A stretch of DNA of 64,000 nucleotides, taken from the NCBI GenBank assembly GCA_000091205.1, contig AP006483.2. One strand, 5' to 3'. This document shows positions 33,010-44,010 of this stretch, piece by piece. The translations under genes were made by a program, and so were the position numbers. Each line of letters starts with the position of its first letter. Positions within the stretch are counted from its first letter, which is position 1. This DNA comes from Cyanidioschyzon merolae (taxonomy: Eukaryota). The notes under the pieces were generated by a model. It did no database searches, was not told the DNA's origin, and saw nothing but the letters and a program-made list of their open reading frames with translations.

Positions 33010-35052
33010 CTATTCCCGAATCAAACGCTTGTTTGGGTCGAAACAAACCCGCAGTGGATGCGCACCCAATAAACCAGCAAAGCTGAAGCGTTGCTCTGTC
33101 GCTGCTGCACAGAGGCCGGTAACACGTCGCCCGTGTCGAAGTCGTCGCCAGGTTTCGCGCAGGTGCCAGGGCTCCAAACATCGGGTGCTGTGCTTCGCGA
33201 AACCTCGCCAAAATACACGTCCCGGAGCCACGGTAAGCTCGAAGAGCTCCAACTCACGACGCAGCGCCTCGTATTCTCGTGTCTCCAGGGGCAGCACAAT
33301 AGCAGTGGCGATACCGTTGCCGAGTGCTGCCAAAATATGACGCGCTGGACGCCAACAGACAGCTCTAGCGTCACCACGTTCGTGTGCAATTTCATCATAG
33401 TGCCGAAAGAGGAGTGCGGCTTGCGTCAGTAGGCCGGTAAGCTCCCACGCGACGTGACCCAAGGCGTGCAAACCATCCTCGGTGACAATGACGCCCTCCT
33501 CTGGAGTCAAATGTAACCAGTCGCGGAAGAGGACGGCTCGTGTAACGCCCTGATGTGCACGCGACTCCCCGTACGTATACCGCACGTTTCGACACGCCAC
33601 AAAGTCTGCGTATTGATGTCGAGGCAGGCACTGTTTGAGAATAAAATCAGCTCGAAAAATGATCATGAATACTGGGTTTTCAGAGGAAGGCTTGCCCGAA
33701 CTCGACTCCGTACGCGTCTCGGACTGGACCTCGATCCAGGTCTCGTTATCGAGTCGGAGGCGTTTGCGTTTCGCTCCTGCTGCTGCTCCTGCTGCTGCAT
33801 TGGCTTCACGTTCACCGGTGTCCGGGCTCGGTTTCTGTGTTGAGGTCCGTTGCGCATGCGGCTCGGATGCTGCTTCCAGCTTCATGGTATCCGCTGCTTT
33901 CGCTCGTATCTGCGGAACGCTACGATGCATAGTTACGAGCGCCGGTTCCGCATCTGGAGTAGTTGCGTACTCGTGAGCCTGCGTAGAGCCTGGATATCCA
34001 CCAGGCTCGCGATGATTGGCGTGATCAGCGTCAGGGAGCGCTTCCGACGGACCGTCAACACCCGACGATTCATCCGCAACGCTCGTATCCAGTTGCAAAT
34101 CGTCTCTGGGGCCTTGGGAGAGGCGCTTCTCCTCAAGCGGTCTAGCCTCACCAGGTGCTGCACTCGTCTTTGTCGGACTTTGCCGGGCGCTGGCTCGCTG
34201 CAGTCGCTGCTCATGACCACCGGTGTCGTTCGAACGTGTTTCGTGTACGTAGTTGCCAGCGTTTTCCCCAACGGAAACGTCTGGTGCGGGCGTTACCACT
34301 CGATTTGTCCCCAGTACCGGTGTTTTCGGTTCTTCCACGTGCTGGCCCAAAGCTTGCGCTTCCACTGCTAAAGTCGCAGAGGCTGGCGTTCGTGATGCGA
34401 CCTCTGGTATTCGCTGAGCTTCCGCTGCTGGTTTCCTTCCCGACGTGGCATTGCCTGGGCCAGTCTTCTGAGCGTTTTGGGATCCAATTACGGCGCTCGC
34501 ATATCCGACGAGTTTGGCACTTGCCGTTTGCTCTACCATGCGGACAAGCCAGGAGCAGTGTGCCCCGCCTCCGGAGTGCGAGTCAGCGTCGTGGTCCGCA
34601 AAAGACGGAAGCGTCATTTCGGTTTCCTGCAAGAACGCCTCCAGTTCCGCCGCGGCCTCGCGGACCGGTCCCTTTGCCTGTTGTTTGGCCATGATTTCGA
34701 CGAGCTTACATAGCCTACGTAGCGCTCGCTGGTCGTGACAGAAGCGTCTTGCCACAGCTGCTGCTGTGATGCGGCCGTCGGGCTCTCGGGCCGCCACCTC
34801 CAGTGCAAAGAGCCGCACACCGTCCCGAACCATATCTTCCATGAGTTCCAGCACGTCGCGGGCACAGTACCGGACTTCCCCAAAGGCGTGCATAAGGCAC
34901 TGGATCTCGTGGCCAAACTTTCGACGTCTGACGAGCGTCTCCGGTGGGCCGTACGCAGCGGCCTCGAGGCTTCCCTCGGCACTCGCGATCATCAGCGCTT
35001 TGCCGGGAACCACTGCCGCCAGCGAAACCCCTTGGTCGTCGTACCCGTCCAA
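33010..35052 (-). CDS. SPT3: SPT3-like SAGA/TFIID-type transcription factor (TAF13-like + TAF11-like histone-fold halves) with a ~330-aa low-complexity insertion
   Basis: 680 aa. The N-terminus 'RRRKFGHEIQCLMHAFGEVRYCARDVLELMEDMVRDGVRLFALEV...ITAAAVARRFCHDQRALRRLCKLV' aligns with the yeast Spt3 N-terminal TAF13-like fold (YRVEIQQMMFVSGE...IEDIVRGQV...IRHDKAKVNRLRTYL). The C-terminus 'HQYADFVACRNVRYTYGE...LFRDWLHL...ALGHVAWELTGLLTQAAL...PLETREYEALRRELE' matches the Spt3 C-terminal half (EEYVHWSDCRQASFTFRK...FKDW...LGFLTFEIVCSLTETAL...PLKPRHIEEAWRVLQ). A Pro/Ala/Glu-rich region separates the halves. Confidence 0.65.
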   Translation of the reverse strand: MDGYDDQGVSLAAVVPGKALMIASAEGSLEAAAYGPPETLVRRRKFGHEIQCLMHAFGEVRYCARDVLELMEDMVRDGVRLFALEVAAREPDGRITAAAVARRFCHDQRALRRLCKLVEIMAKQQAKGPVREAAAELEAFLQETEMTLPSFADHDADSHSGGGAHCSWLVRMVEQTASAKLVGYASAVIGSQNAQKTGPGNATSGRKPAAEAQRIPEVASRTPASATLAVEAQALGQHVEEPKTPVLGTNRVVTPAPDVSVGENAGNYVHETRSNDTGGHEQRLQRASARQSPTKTSAAPGEARPLEEKRLSQGPRDDLQLDTSVADESSGVDGPSEALPDADHANHREPGGYPGSTQAHEYATTPDAEPALVTMHRSVPQIRAKAADTMKLEAASEPHAQRTSTQKPSPDTGEREANAAAGAAAGAKRKRLRLDNETWIEVQSETRTESSSGKPSSENPVFMIIFRADFILKQCLPRHQYADFVACRNVRYTYGESRAHQGVTRAVLFRDWLHLTPEEGVIVTEDGLHALGHVAWELTGLLTQAALLFRHYDEIAHERGDARAVCWRPARHILAALGNGIATAIVLPLETREYEALRRELELFELTVAPGRVFWRGFAKHSTRCLEPWHLRETWRRLRHGRRVTGLCAAATEQRFSFAGLLGAHPLRVCFDPNKRLIRE

Positions 35053-36674
35053 CTAGTTGCAGAGGCCCCGTAGAGCAAGAGCACGCTCCTCGAACAGGTG
35101 AGGCAACAAAGGCTAGCTGCTGGTCGCAGCACACGACCCGGGCGTCCAGACAAGTCGCAGCGGAACTCGCTTCTAGTCCGATGGACGCTGTCGGAGATAT
35201 GGGTGCAGCGCAGCGGCGCCTCCTCGCTGTTTTGGCACCAAAGCGTTGCTTTCTGGATCTAGAGAAATCATGTGAAGACAACTTCGGGGTGCATGGCGAG
35301 TGTGTCTATGCATACGCCCGTGTCAGATGAATGTGGAGAAAATAAACTGCTCGCTCTGTTCCTGCCGCGGGATTCGTTTTCGAACACGCTTTTATGTATG
35401 GCGTTGTGAGTCGAAGTGCTGCAATACACGTTCACAGGTTCTTCGGTAGTTTTAGAATGCCAGGTCGTATTTTCCGAGTGGATCCTTGGACGCTTTTCCG
35501 CGGATATTTTTTTACCGTACCTGAATCAGCATAAACCTCGAGGCTCCCGATCAGGGGTTCTTTTATACTACCCGATAGCACCATCGAATTCAGATGTAGA
35601 TGCAAGCTTTCACGCTTCTCTTTTGCTGATATATGGCGTGCTCAAATCACATATGCTTCAAGTTTTCGATCTTTCCGGGTCAAGACAACGTGTGGGCCGA
35701 GCGATTTGCACTGTTGGATTGACGAGGAGCAAAACTCGGCATCGTCCTCTGAAGACTTGTTCGCCCACTCATGCGAAATGTCCACGGAACATCTCGCGTT
35801 CCGTAATCGATTTCGTTCAGCAGACAACGCTCCTATCGTTAGCGCTATAGGCTGAACGACTTTCCATAGTAGCATCGTTTGACTGACGGAATATTTGCTC
35901 CAAGAGGATCCCCTTCTCTTCTCTTTGCATGGGAATGCTTCTTGGATTCGGACCGAAGTTATCGCAGCGATTATTTCCGATAGACTGAGCTTCACCGCTT
36001 GGACGTATGGAGCGCTGACGACTCGAGAGATTCCTCAAATGGTTCTCCTGCCTTAACTTTCCCTCCGGTTCTTGTTTCACCAGGGACAAGATGGCGTTCC
36101 ACAATTCCCCAATTGGAATGGACAGCTCGCGCTTGCACGTACATCGGAAAGGGTACGCGCCCCGGGGAAGCAAACATCAGAAACTCGTCATCATCTTGCA
36201 TAGCACTGGGCACAGGAAAACCCGAGGGTATCGAGGCGAGTCCTCTGTGCCCGTCAAGGGCATGGAACTACCAAAAAAGCATGTTTTCACGCGTCATGGA
36301 GCGGCCTGCGGAGGAGCGAATCTTCTGGACTTATGGGCACAACTGACCTCTATCGTATGTCACAGCTGGAAAGGCGCACAGAGACCGTATCCAAAGATAA
36401 TGCACATGGCAAACGAAGCATGTATCGCAATATACGTCTGTGCATGAAATGCATGAACCGCAGCCGGGAGCAGTGATGTCGGGACGTTCGCTGCCATCAA
36501 CTTCCTGCGACTATCGATCAAGGATCTGAACGGAAACCTTCATCGGTCGTGCTCTTCCAGCCGGATCCAGGAGAGAATGGAAAGAAATCAGTCACAGGAA
36601 AGCCCGCAAATGTTGATGTTGATCACTCTGAGTAAAGACCCAAAGTTTCGCATGGACGCCCGAGTTACGGGGTT

Positions 36675-37130
36675 TCATTCATTTTTTCTTTTTATGTTCA
36701 GTGGAACGATAAACGTGTCACGACCAGAGAGTATATAGATACATGCGCACGCGCAGACGCCTTCCAGTCTTTTTGACGTGCGGTCTGCTATCGGTTTCAG
36801 CTTCGCCTTGTCCAATTCGAGTATGAGAGGGTTCCCCACAAAGTTGGATTGCGTCGGCTCCACGGGTCTCATCTTTAACACCGCACATCGCCCGGTTTTG
36901 AAAGCGGCGTTGAAGTCTGGGTGGACAAAGTCAGTGCGTTTATTGCCAGTGGTAGAACTCAGCGTTGCAGGCATTGCTACAACTCGCTCCCTCTTTGCCA
37001 TTTGGTGCCCCGTCAGCTCTCCATCATCTGCTATCGTCCAGGCGCTCCGCTGGCATTTCTCCATATAGACCTTCGGCATTGTATACCGCAGCCCATCCCT
37101 TGGTTTCTCTATTTCTTCAAATGAACGCAC
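36675..37130 (-). CDS. hypothetical protein (151 aa)
   Basis: Isolated ORF in a lower-GC island with protein-like mixed composition (MRSFEEIEKPRDGLRYTMPKVYMEKCQRSAWTIADDGELTGHQ...FNAAFKTGRCAVLKMRPVEPTQSNFVGNPLILELDKAKLKPI...). No confident family assignment. Confidence 0.3.
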   Translation of the reverse strand: MRSFEEIEKPRDGLRYTMPKVYMEKCQRSAWTIADDGELTGHQMAKRERVVAMPATLSSTTGNKRTDFVHPDFNAAFKTGRCAVLKMRPVEPTQSNFVGNPLILELDKAKLKPIADRTSKRLEGVCACACIYILSGRDTFIVPLNIKRKNE

Positions 37131-38412
37131 TTCTTTATGCCTTTAGGTGAGGACCTGCTTGGAGCGAGAGGGACTTGCGGAAGAAAGACGACATGAGCCC
37201 TGCTATGTCATCCTGTGCTGAACGCTTCAGTGATTCTCTCAGTGGAGCGATCCTCACGTTTCACGATAGAAAATACTTTTTCGATGGGGTTCAACCACAG
37301 AAAGTACAAAGGAATGAAAAGCGGCTGTTCTACCCAATAGAATTGGCAGAAAGCTCGACCGCACCGGGAATAGTGAAATGCCACGTTGTTTGTCAGAAGG
37401 ACATTGTCTGACGTCAAGGCAATAGTCTTCAATGATTCGACAAAGTGGTTGATGCTGTTGCTTGAGCCTCGTCTACCAGCGAAGCTGAGACAGCCAAGAG
37501 AATCCATTGCAACTAGAACGCATGGTACTGTCGTCGCTCTCATCGAGTTCGATCATACGTAGAACGGGCTCTCTTCGTCTCGGATACCAGTAAACGCTCC
37601 GACCGTTTGTTCCGATGAAACGCTCATCAAATGAAAAAAAAACAAACTGACGGCCCTGCGCTGTATACCGATCGCTGCGGCCTAGGAATGCCGGATTTGT
37701 CATTTCGGTGCGAGATGACCGTCTGTGAACTAGTGCATTTCACGCGATTTTATTCCATTGTCTTCAGAGCTACCCGAGCCAGCAGCATAGAGGAATAGAC
37801 GCCCGTGGTGACTAGAATCATCGCATTCGCTGTCTTTATGGTCATCAAAGCGCCGCTTTCCACCGTTGACCGCAAGCAGTCTCCGAGAATATCGGTTATT
37901 GGCGCAGTGCGCATACCCCTCTTTCCGAACCGTGTTCCTCAACCATATGCGTACTGTGGTATGCCTTACCGGATTGAGTAACTCAGTCCTCCTTGCACTG
38001 CTCAATAAAGAATGTATATTCTGCAGGCAATTCGTCTACGATCCATCCGGTACATTGCATCGCGACAGCGATCGCCTGCTATTCACCGCAGCGGAGTTGA
38101 AACAACCTCTACCTGATAGGCGATCAGATGACCGTCCAGAGGATCATGCGTGTGGATCAAGCAGAGCGATATCCAATTAGTCCCTAAAAATACATTTATA
38201 TCCATATACGTTCAGAAACGCATATCGCCATCCCGCAGCACCGGCCTGTGCGCGTCTGCCGCCCGCCCACGGCGCATCGTCGGAGGCGGATCACGCGGCA
38301 GAGGAGCGCTCGCGCAAGCCGCACCGCGACAGCTCTAAAGGATACAGCGCACTGACGTTGCAGCGTTCGCCTGCCATCGACGATTTGCCAACTCATCGAG
38401 GACGCTGCTCGC

Positions 38413-40068
38413 ATGATTGCTTTCCTACCATCTTCACATGGATGCAGAACGTTTTCTAGCATCAGGTGGTCGAGGTCCGGTGCTCAGCGGCGAGTTCGAG
38501 CAGTCGTAACGTGTTCACGGGGGAGCGTCTCGCCAGCGCAGGCACCCGGAGAGCCCAGTCAAAACTCCGACGAGGCTGCGGTGCGGGACAGGGAGAGCGC
38601 GTGGCGCCCTGTTGCCTGCAGCTCCGGGCAGCTGGTCACGAACTGCAGCTCACTGGTGCCGGCGTGCACGGTTGGTGCGGCTGCCACTGAACTTGCGTTT
38701 CCAGGGGCCTTGACAGCTCCCGGAGCGCGACTTTCCCGCAGCACCCAGCGCCAAAACGGTTTCCGAACGGAACCTGCTTCCTGTTCAGAGCGTTCTATGG
38801 AGATCTCGTGCGCGGCGGGGCGGGCACCTGCCACGACGCCGCTCTCGTACCGACGTGCACAGCGTGCTACCTGCCGGGGCCGAGTCGGGCGTCCACAGGA
38901 AGCGCCAAACGCCAGCGTCTACGAGTTTCGCGCAGGACAAAGCGTCAAAACTGCTGAGCTCGCACCTTGTGACTCGGACGTTGTTGACCCAAAAATAACC
39001 ACTCTCGTAGATGCAGAGCACCGAACTGAACAGGCAGCGTTGAATGAGACGCATCCTCGACTTCGCCAGATACCGAGGCCAACACACTGCGTCCCGCGAC
39101 GTGCGTTTCTCTCAATAGCCATTGCACTGGGCGTTGCTAGTCTTGGGAAACCGCTCGCTTCTGTGGCAGCAGCCGCAGCCGCAGCAGCACCGGCGTCTTC
39201 GAGCGCAGAGCCCGCAACTACCCGGATCCCGGGCGATGTGCGCATCCTCTTCTCTCGAGCGCAACGCCTGGAAGATGAGGGCGAGTTTCAAGAGGCCCTC
39301 AAGATTTACGCTTCGGTCGTCGATCGCGAGCCAGGCCTCGTCTGGGCATATGCTAACCGCGCAAACCTTTACAGTCGCCTGGGGCAGTACGATCAGGCCC
39401 TCGCGGACTACACACAAGCGATTCGGTTGCTCTGCAAGACGGTATCTGGAAACGAATCAACCGGAGACGAGCGGCTGACGGACGCTGACGCCCCGTGTTT
39501 GGAGCGCGAGCTATGGGTCCTCTACCTGAATCGAGCTACGGTGTACCGAACGCTTCGCCGCCACCAGGAAGCGCTTCGCGATATGAATCGAGCTCTGAGC
39601 ATTCGTCCGTATGAGCCGCTGCTCCTTGTAAATCGTGCAATGGTCTATGTGGATCTGGCGAAATACGATGCTGCCCTGTTGGACTATCAACGCGCTGTGG
39701 AGCGACGACCGGGCGATGTGCAGCCCTTCTGGGTAGACTATGCGTTGACGCTCTTCCAACGCGGACGTGACACCGATGCCCTCGGCATCATGCGCAGAGT
39801 AGCGAGTAAGCCGAGTTTTGCCCAGTCCGATGAAGTGAAAGCAGCCTACGCAGTCCTTCTTTATGACCGAGGCATGCTCAGTGACGCAGAGGGTCTATGG
39901 GGTGCGTTGCAGCGCCCACGCCGATTTCAAGACGAAAACTTTCTTCGAAACGAGCGTCACTGGCCGCCTCGAGCCATTGAGGTTGCGCTGCGATATCATC
40001 CACAACGTGGCAGGCAGAAGACATCATCTTCCTCGGCGGCGACCAGCCTGGCCCCTTCTACCGATTAA
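38413..40068 (+). CDS. tetratricopeptide-repeat (TPR) protein with long Ala/Ser/Arg-rich N-terminal region (possible organellar targeting)
   Basis: 551 aa. The C-terminal half has at least 5 tandem 34-aa TPR units, e.g. 'ALKIYASVVDREPGLVWAYANRANLYSRLGQYDQALADYTQAIRL', 'LNRATVYRTLRRHQEALRDMNRALSIRPYEPLLLVNRAMVYVDLAKYDAALLDYQRAVERRP'. The N-terminal ~270 aa are low-complexity and rich in R/S/A, with an (A)9 run before the TPR block. Confidence 0.65.
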   Translation: MIAFLPSSHGCRTFSSIRWSRSGAQRRVRAVVTCSRGSVSPAQAPGEPSQNSDEAAVRDRESAWRPVACSSGQLVTNCSSLVPACTVGAAATELAFPGALTAPGARLSRSTQRQNGFRTEPASCSERSMEISCAAGRAPATTPLSYRRAQRATCRGRVGRPQEAPNASVYEFRAGQSVKTAELAPCDSDVVDPKITTLVDAEHRTEQAALNETHPRLRQIPRPTHCVPRRAFLSIAIALGVASLGKPLASVAAAAAAAAPASSSAEPATTRIPGDVRILFSRAQRLEDEGEFQEALKIYASVVDREPGLVWAYANRANLYSRLGQYDQALADYTQAIRLLCKTVSGNESTGDERLTDADAPCLERELWVLYLNRATVYRTLRRHQEALRDMNRALSIRPYEPLLLVNRAMVYVDLAKYDAALLDYQRAVERRPGDVQPFWVDYALTLFQRGRDTDALGIMRRVASKPSFAQSDEVKAAYAVLLYDRGMLSDAEGLWGALQRPRRFQDENFLRNERHWPPRAIEVALRYHPQRGRQKTSSSSAATSLAPSTD

Positions 40069-40608
40069 TACGTCCAACGTCCGTGAATCTGGAGATGGCG
40101 AAACACGGCATCCCACAGACCTGGAGTATAGGTCTTATCTGCCTATATGCCGCGTTTTTCTTCCGGATGATCTGCGTTCCTGGTGCACGCCAGGCGTGTC
40201 GTTGTACCTGGAGATGGACCGATCGGCTCTATTTATGCGGTGACGCATGCCCGTGCGTATCCATCCAGCTGACAAGCAAATAGAGCATGCACGCAAGCAC
40301 ACCCGCAAGTAGACAGGCAGGCGGGACAGCACCAGGACCTCGTGCGAGCGACGGCTGCGTTTGTCAGGATAACAACGCGTTGTCCTCGTTCGGGTCTGCG
40401 TGGCGCAGGTCTGGTTCCATAAAAAGCTCTCGACTAACCGCTCGTAACCACACACTTACCGGGCACAGTATCCTATGCTGTGCTTGTACGCGTCGGAGCA
40501 GCGCCAGACTTGCCTCCGCTGTACGACAACGACGAGTGCTTCTGCTCGCGAGCTGGAGCTCGACTCGCGCAGTTGCCCTTCCCAGGGTCCAGGTCGAACA
40601 GAAGTGGG

Positions 40609-40863
40609 CTATGGTGCCGCCTCTTGCACTTTCGGTGTGTCAGGCTCTCCTCCTGCTGTCTCGGAAACGGGATCAGTACCTAGCGTTTGGGCTCGCCCGT
40701 CCCGCACAGCCTCTCTCCGCCGCCGGATCTCGCGTTCGAGTCTCGCGTAGTGCTCACGTCGTGCAGCTAGCGTTTCGTTTATCCGCGGAACGAGCTCGTT
40801 TAGCCCTTGAAGCAGTACAAACGTACCAGCAACATAAATCGCGAACCGTACAAAGGACGGCAT
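40609..40863 (-). CDS. hypothetical small protein (84 aa) with one predicted TM helix followed by a charged coiled segment
   Basis: 'MPSFVRFAIYVAGTFVLLQGLNELVPRINETLAARREHYARLEREIRRRREAVRDG...' has a hydrophobic 20-aa stretch then an Arg/Glu-rich helix. It is antisense to a longer low-complexity plus-strand ORF (40287..40976) that looks spurious. Confidence 0.2.
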   Translation of the reverse strand: MPSFVRFAIYVAGTFVLLQGLNELVPRINETLAARREHYARLEREIRRRREAVRDGRAQTLGTDPVSETAGGEPDTPKVQEAAP

Positions 40864-42409
40864 CTGTGTTCAGCACGACTCTGGAGAACGTCAGCTGCAG
40901 ACCCGGACTCGCGCATCACCTGTCGTCAAGGTTTAGCGGCTGGCAGCGGCTTCCGGCACGCGACACCCGTACCTGATCCTAGCGTGGGACGCTGAACTCC
41001 TCGAACTATCCTTTGCATGTGGACTTGTTTCCAGACTTTATTCATCGATGGTGAGCTGCCACATTCCAAGTACGGCAGTGTGTGTGCTTCCGGATTCAAC
41101 CGTCGTTTTCGGATCATCAGACGTCTTTTCCGAGTGGCTCTCTGTTGACGCTTCGCTGGTGCACTCTACGATGGCATCGGAATTGTGGTAGCTCGTGATG
41201 CCGTTGAAGCGGGACTCGTAAAATATCTGACAGCATGACCCGGTGCATATATACAAGCCGCCACGCTTCTCCGCTGGATACCCCTTGCATGCTCAAATCA
41301 CGCGTTCTTCGGATGGTCGATGTTTCCGTTTCCGGGCAACTCGTGAGTACTCTCCATTGCATCGCTCGGTATGATTTGAGCAAGTGCACACGACGGTGCC
41401 CGTGACGATTACCTCTTCACAAGTTCATACCAGAGGTTCACGGAACTTGTCACGTCGTGTAATCGAATCCGTTCGGGTGATGAATGCGCTTCTCTGTGTG
41501 GCCGTCAACGGAACGGCAGGCCACCGAGGCATGGGAACGCTCAGCGAATGCGCTGTAGAGGCTCGTGTTTCTTCGCTTTGCATGGGACAGGGTCTTGGAA
41601 TGCGACTTGAGTCATCGCAGCGATCGCTTTCAGTTGCGTATGGGTCGCAGCTTTGCACATAGCGAGCGTGGATAGATCGAAATTTCTCGACTTGAGCTGT
41701 AGCGTAGATTTTCCATCCGGTACTTGTTTCATGATAGACAAGATCGCGTTTCGACAAATCCTCTGTCGAGTGGAACAACGAGCTCTTACGTGTGCAGCGG
41801 ACACCGAATTCGCTGATGACATCGTCCAGAAGAAGCCGAGAATCGCTCGGTACGGCACCAGGAGAAGAAACGGAGGGCATCATCGAGGCAGGCCTGCTTT
41901 ATGCGTCAAGAGCATGTCGAGGCCAATGAGGGAAATGTTCATGCGCGCCACAGGATGGCCCTTCGACGAAGAGGCGTTGTGCTGGACATCTATGGAAACG
42001 CCTGATCACTGATCGATAACTCCGCTACAAGAAGCGCATCTTGGTCGTATACACACAAAATGAGAACGGCAAGCAAAGCGGGCATCGCGACTTCCATCTG
42101 TGCATGAACATCGAAGCAAACAGCCGAAAATAGTAAAGTCGGGAATCCTATGCTGCCACCAACATCCGTGTTTTGCTGACACCAGAGCTGGAAGGCTAGC
42201 AGAGAACTTCGTAATTTAAAACGTTGGTAAGATAGGGGTGCAGGCAGCAGAGGCAGAAAGACCCGCAATGGCTGGTGCTCGTGAGCATGCGTGAAGGAGT
42301 TTACTTTAGCAGGTATCAAGCCCCACCCCCTCGGGTAGCAGCCTAGACACGTCCTAGTTTATGTTGACATGAATGCACTGCGACACCTGCCCGCACCGCA
42401 ACGGTTGAG

Positions 42410-42712
42410 GTGCGTCCCTGTCATTCCTCATGCTTCGACTGTGAAACTGATTCACTCCCAACCACCGAGCAGTATCACATAACAGTAGACGTATCCGATG
42501 CCTTGGACACAGCACTTCTGACATGGGATGAGGAAAAGTTTGTGGGTGCAAGCGCTCGCGCTGGATCCCGTGACTGCGTCAGCGGCATAGACAGGGCACC
42601 CCGCTTCACCGAAGCCAGCGTTCGTTGGCACCAGATGAAGCGCATGTTCCGGGATCGTACAGTAGGATCGCCTGCGTATAAGGATGCTGTGCATGACGAA
42701 GGAATGATAACC

Positions 42713-42744
<32 letters not shown>

Positions 42745-42880
42745 CGTATTGCGTGATGTCAGGTGGATGCACCTGACCATGCGCTTCGACATACGTGAAA
42801 GTTACGATCCAGTGCCCGAGGCAGATGCCGAATCGCTCTCACTCAAAGACGCTGCTGCTTCGCCAGACCCAGACATGTGA
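42410..42880 (+). CDS. hypothetical protein (156 aa) containing a Q10 tract
   Basis: ORF with mixed composition and an internal (CAG)10-encoded polyglutamine (MITEQQQQQQQQQQRVLRDVRW). No recognisable domain. Confidence 0.25.
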
Positions 42881-43340
42881 GCTTGTTGGTGGCACAGAGG
42901 CATGCTCCCATGATACGCTGGTTGTGGAGGCCATCCATCGTGGGTACCTAGTTGGCGTCCGATGCTTCGCTGCAAGGCGCATACCGAGGCAAGTCGCCTT
43001 GGACACACCCTGCCGGACTTGGGCTTGATGCTGCTCCCGCTCGTTAGCCCCCGGCGATAGCTATGCACAGTACGTGCACAGGCGCCACGGTGGGCGCTGC
43101 GACCTGCGCCCAGCCTAGCTGCGACAGCGGCTTGTGAAGCGGTACCCATCTGTGCGGACTTCGTGCTGCACCTTGATGCAGCGTAGGCGGATCCGAGTTC
43201 TGCCGCCCGCTGGGTACCGCAGCAAGCCCGCTGGCAAGTTTTCATGATGCTATTGATGCATTGTTCATCCCGCGCCTGGTGGTCGTTTCGAGGACACGTG
43301 TTCGGCAGCGGCATGGACGGCAACTGCCTCACTCGCGATC

Positions 43341-44010
43341 CTGCAGGCGCAAGCATCCGTTGTTTCACACGTGAGCAGCGCCCTATCGACGTTCGACTAG
43401 CGCCATGGTTGTAGAGAGGGATGCCATCGCGTGCGGCAATCGCTACTGCTACTGCTACTGCTACGGGTTACTGATCCTGGAGGCGCAAGCATCCGTTGTT
43501 TCACACGTGAGCAGCGCCCTATCGACGTTCGACTAGCGCCATGGTTGTAGGGAGGGATGCCATCGCGTGCGGCAATCGCTACTGCTACTGCTACTGCTAC
43601 GGGTTACTGATCCTGGAGGCGCAAGCATCCGTTGTTTCACACGTGAGCAGCGCCCTATCGACGTTCGACTAGCGCCATGGTTGTAGAGAGGGATGCCATC
43701 GCGTGCGGCAATCGCTACTGCTACTGCTACTGCTACGGGTTACTGATCCTGGAGGCGCAAGCATCCGTTGTTTCACACGTGAGCAGCGCCCTATCGACGT
43801 TCGACTAGCGCCACGGTTGTAGAGAGGGATGCCATCGCGTGCGGCAATCGCTACTGCTACTGCTACTGCTACGGGTTACTGATCCTGGAGGCGCAAGCAT
43901 CCGTTGTTTCACACGTGAGCAGCGCCCTATCGACGTTCGACTAGCGCCACGGTTGTAGAGAGGGATGCCATCGCGTGCGGCAATCGCTACTGCTACGGGC
44001 TACTGCAGCG
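43341..44010. repeat. minisatellite, 136-bp unit x ~5 copies, each unit containing an internal (GCTACT)3-4 microsatellite
   Basis: Unit '...ggcgcaagcatccgttgtttcacacgtgagcagcgccctatcgacgttcgactagcgccatggttgtagagagggatgccatcgcgtgcggcaatcgctactgctactgctactgctacgggttactgatcctgga'. The 'gcgcaagcatcc' anchors are at 43347, 43483, 43619, 43755 and 43891 (period 136). Copies are >95% identical; the last one is truncated. Confidence 0.9.

Noticed and set aside
40287-40976. 229-aa plus-strand ORF
   Set aside because: It is extremely Ala/Arg/Ser-rich low complexity with no motif. It overlaps in antisense a more protein-like small ORF and is probably a chance open frame in GC-rich DNA.
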